This document shows positions 61,763 through 64,000 of a stretch of 64,000 nt of DNA, one piece after another. Numbering within the stretch: position 1 is the stretch's first letter; the number at the start of each line of letters is the position of its first letter. The stretch is from Candidatus Ozemobacteraceae bacterium (lineage in GTDB: Bacteria; Muiribacteriota; Ozemobacteria; Ozemobacterales; Ozemobacteraceae), in assembly GCA_035388825.1 (NCBI GenBank), contig DAOOQQ010000013.1:14492-78491 (forward strand), written 5' to 3'. The position numbers and the translations under genes were made by a program. The notes under the pieces are model-generated. The model was not told where the DNA came from, did not search any database, and saw only the letters and a list, made by a program, of their open reading frames with translations.

Positions 61763-62743
61763 ATGAACGGTTTTGGAAAAATGGTGACTCTGGCCGTCCT
61801 GGGTGCCCTGTTCTGTGCCGGCGCGAGCCTGGCGCAGGCGTCCGATGCGGACAAGAAGCCGGCACCCGCCGGGAAGGCGACCGTCTATTTCACGCGCGTC
61901 ATTGGCCCGAGCGCCCTGGTGAAGATCTTCGACAAGATCGGTCAGGAGATCGGCGGCAAGGTCGCCATCAAGATCCATACGGGCGAGCCGAACGGCCCCA
62001 ACATCCTGCCGCGGCTCCTGGTGAAAACGCTCCAGCAGCATATTCCCAACAGCAATCTGGTCGAGACCAACACGCTGTATCCCGGCGCCCGCAAAACCAC
62101 GGCCCAGCACCGGGAAACCATCAAGACGAACGGCTGGACGTTCTGCCCGGTCGACATCATGGATGAAGACGGCGCGGTCATGCTTCCCATCAAGGGCGGG
62201 AAGCATTTCAAGGAAATGTCGGTCGGCAGGAATCTCCTCAACTACGACTCGATGGTCGTGCTCACCCACTTCAAGGGGCATGCCATGGGCGGTTTCGGGG
62301 GCTCGATGAAGAACATCTCGATCGGCTGTGCCGACGGCCCGGTCGGGAAGAAGATGATCCACGCCGCCCCGGACGACCAGAACTTCGACGCCTGGCTGAA
62401 GGGCGAGGAGTTCCAGGAAAACATGGTGGAATCTGCGAAAGCAACCATCGATCATTTCGGCAAGCACATCGTCTATATCAACGTCCTGCGCAACATGTCC
62501 GTCGACTGCGACTGCGCCGGAATCAAAGCCGCGCCGGTCAAGGCGCGCAACCTGGGCATCCTGGCCTCAACGGACCTCCTGGCGGTCGACCAGGCCTCGA
62601 TCGACATGGTATACAAACTGCCGGAACACGAGTGCCGCGACCTGAAGGAGCGCATCGAGTCCCGCAAGGGTCTGCGCCAGCTGACATACATGAAAGAGCT
62701 GGGCATGGGCAACGACCAGTACGAACTGGTTCCGCTGGATTGA
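61763..62743 (+). CDS. DUF362 domain-containing protein, exported
   Basis: Signal peptide, plus THFKGHAMGGFGGSMKNISIG and VDCDC motifs as I recall them for DUF362. Confidence 0.7.
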   Translation: MNGFGKMVTLAVLGALFCAGASLAQASDADKKPAPAGKATVYFTRVIGPSALVKIFDKIGQEIGGKVAIKIHTGEPNGPNILPRLLVKTLQQHIPNSNLVETNTLYPGARKTTAQHRETIKTNGWTFCPVDIMDEDGAVMLPIKGGKHFKEMSVGRNLLNYDSMVVLTHFKGHAMGGFGGSMKNISIGCADGPVGKKMIHAAPDDQNFDAWLKGEEFQENMVESAKATIDHFGKHIVYINVLRNMSVDCDCAGIKAAPVKARNLGILASTDLLAVDQASIDMVYKLPEHECRDLKERIESRKGLRQLTYMKELGMGNDQYELVPLD

Positions 62744-62756
62744 AGAGGAGGATTCC

Positions 62757-63911
62757 ATGTTGTACCGCACATTCGGGAAAACCGGCCTGTCCGTATCAAG
62801 TCTGGGTTTCGGCTGCATGCGCCTGCCGCTGACCGATCCGAAGCGGCCGGAGACCATCGACGAGGCTGCTTCCGCCAGGCTGCTGGACATCGCGATCGAG
62901 ATGGGCGTCAACTACGTCGACACGGCGTATCCGTATCATGCGGCCGTTCCCTTCACGGCGGGCCAGAGCGAACTCTTCGTTGGCAAATATCTCAAAGGCG
63001 GGAAGCGGGACAAGGTGTACCTGGCCACCAAGCTTCCGAGCTGGTCGATCCAGACCCGCGAGGACTGCGACAAATACCTGAACGAGCAGCTCACGCGGCT
63101 CCAGACCGACCATATCGACTTCTATCTCGTGCACTGCATCATGAAACAGTTCTGGGGCAATCTGAAGAACGCCCGGGTCTTCGAGTTCCTCGATGCGGCG
63201 CTCAAGGACGGGCGCATCCGGTATGCCGGCTTTTCCTTCCATGACGAGCTGCCGCTCTTCAATGAGGCCGTCGATGCGTATCCCTGGTCCTTCTGCCAGA
63301 TCCAGTATAACTTCATGGACGAACAGTATCAGGCCGGCCGCACCGGTCTGGAATACGCCGCCGGCAAAGGGCTCGGCGTCACCATCATGGAGCCGCTGCG
63401 GGGCGGCAGCCTGACTTCCAATGTACCGCCTGCGATCCAGAGCATCTGGAGCAAGGCTGAAACCCGCCGGTCCCCTGCCGCGTGGGCGCTCCGCCACGTC
63501 TGGAATCATCCGGGTGTGAGCGTGGTGCTGAGCGGCATGAACCAGGAATCGCACCTGCGCGAGAACCTCGAAACCGCCGAAACGGCTCTTCCCGGCTCGC
63601 TTTCGGAAAAGGAGCGCGAAATCATCGAGGCTGTCCGGAAGGAATACCGCGCCCGGATCAAGGTGGACTGCACCGGCTGCAAATACTGCATGCCCTGCCC
63701 GGTCGGCGTGAATATTCCCGGCTGCTTCAGCCTGCTGAATAACGCCGCCATGTTCGAGGACGTCGGCACGGCCCGGTTCCAGTACGGCATGTATGTCGGC
63801 GAGGGAAAGGCCAGCAAGTGCGTCGAATGCGGCGCCTGTGCCGTCAAATGCCCTCAGCGCATCCCCATCCCTGAAAAGCTGAAGGATGTCGTCGCCACCC
63901 TCGAACGGTAA
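62757..63911 (+). CDS. aldo/keto reductase fused to a C-terminal 4Fe-4S ferredoxin-type domain
   Basis: AKR N-terminus LGFGCMRLP...VDTAYPY. C-terminal CTGCKYCMPCP and CVECGACAVKCP clusters. Confidence 0.85.
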   Translation: MLYRTFGKTGLSVSSLGFGCMRLPLTDPKRPETIDEAASARLLDIAIEMGVNYVDTAYPYHAAVPFTAGQSELFVGKYLKGGKRDKVYLATKLPSWSIQTREDCDKYLNEQLTRLQTDHIDFYLVHCIMKQFWGNLKNARVFEFLDAALKDGRIRYAGFSFHDELPLFNEAVDAYPWSFCQIQYNFMDEQYQAGRTGLEYAAGKGLGVTIMEPLRGGSLTSNVPPAIQSIWSKAETRRSPAAWALRHVWNHPGVSVVLSGMNQESHLRENLETAETALPGSLSEKEREIIEAVRKEYRARIKVDCTGCKYCMPCPVGVNIPGCFSLLNNAAMFEDVGTARFQYGMYVGEGKASKCVECGACAVKCPQRIPIPEKLKDVVATLER

Positions 63912-63971
63912 CCCGGTCATGCACGAGGCGTATGAAATGGGGAGACGCGTTTGACTTCTCTTCCGGTATCG

Positions 63972-64000
63972 GCTACTTTGCAATGTGATTGCAAAGTAGC
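63972..64000. repeat. perfect 13-bp inverted repeat GCTACTTTGCAAT-gtg-ATTGCAAAGTAGC ending at the window edge
   Basis: Read directly from the sequence. It starts 60 nt after the AKR stop. Anything following it is outside the window. Confidence 0.6.

Overview
The window is a densely coding, high-G+C bacterial chromosomal segment. I judged G+C at roughly 60-65% by eye and did not compute it. I call about 60 protein genes, many translationally coupled through ATGA or GTGA overlaps. I recognised no rRNA, tRNA, CRISPR array, transposase or integrase. Layout: (1) 1-21.5 kb is a large surface-glycan locus. It holds a nonulosonic-acid (sialic-acid-like) core (neuB, neuC, a 4,6-dehydratase-type SDR, a CMP-sugar synthetase-like cytidylyltransferase) and a tailoring set of enzymes. 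It also holds a four-gene CDP-hexose pathway (rfbF, rfbG, cupin epimerase, reductase), GT2 and GT4 glycosyltransferases, a B12-binding radical SAM enzyme, and a visibly lower-G+C insert with an orphan 585-aa glycosyltransferase-like gene. (2) 21.7-28 kb carries a PD40/TolB-like exported protein, an NFACT/RqcH-like protein and an HK / RR-HDOD / RR-PP2C operon. (3) 28-33.6 kb is an operon of a strongly divergent DnaB-family ATPase, a 628-aa TPR protein and a 479-aa HEAT-repeat protein. (4) 33.6-43.4 kb is mostly housekeeping (amidase, wecB, ftsH, rph, rdgB) with some small unknown genes. (5) 43.4-49.1 kb is the most unusual part. It starts with a 440-nt ORF-free region containing an extreme AT island. 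Then comes a minus-strand operon of a tandem-PilZ protein, a 74-aa membrane peptide and a radical SAM/SPASM enzyme. Diverging from it is a Ycf46-like AAA+ ATPase coupled to an orphan CheW-domain protein, followed by rubredoxin. (6) 49.2-54.4 kb encodes a penicillin-acylase-family protein, a beta-lactamase-family serine hydrolase, an ankyrin protein and an unknown. (7) 54.6-64 kb is an AraC regulator divergent from a block of redox/detox enzymes, several with signal peptides. A cross-cutting feature is short, very AT-rich islands scattered through this GC-rich DNA. Many carry TGATA/TATCA-type palindromes, and they occur both between genes and inside conserved coding motifs. All functional calls come from motif recognition by eye. 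No database search was possible, so family assignments are provisional. Rubredoxin, flavodoxin, Fe-ADH and B12/radical SAM enzymes suggest an anaerobe. The abundance of TPR, HEAT, ankyrin and PilZ proteins is compatible with a PVC-group bacterium, but that is only a guess.
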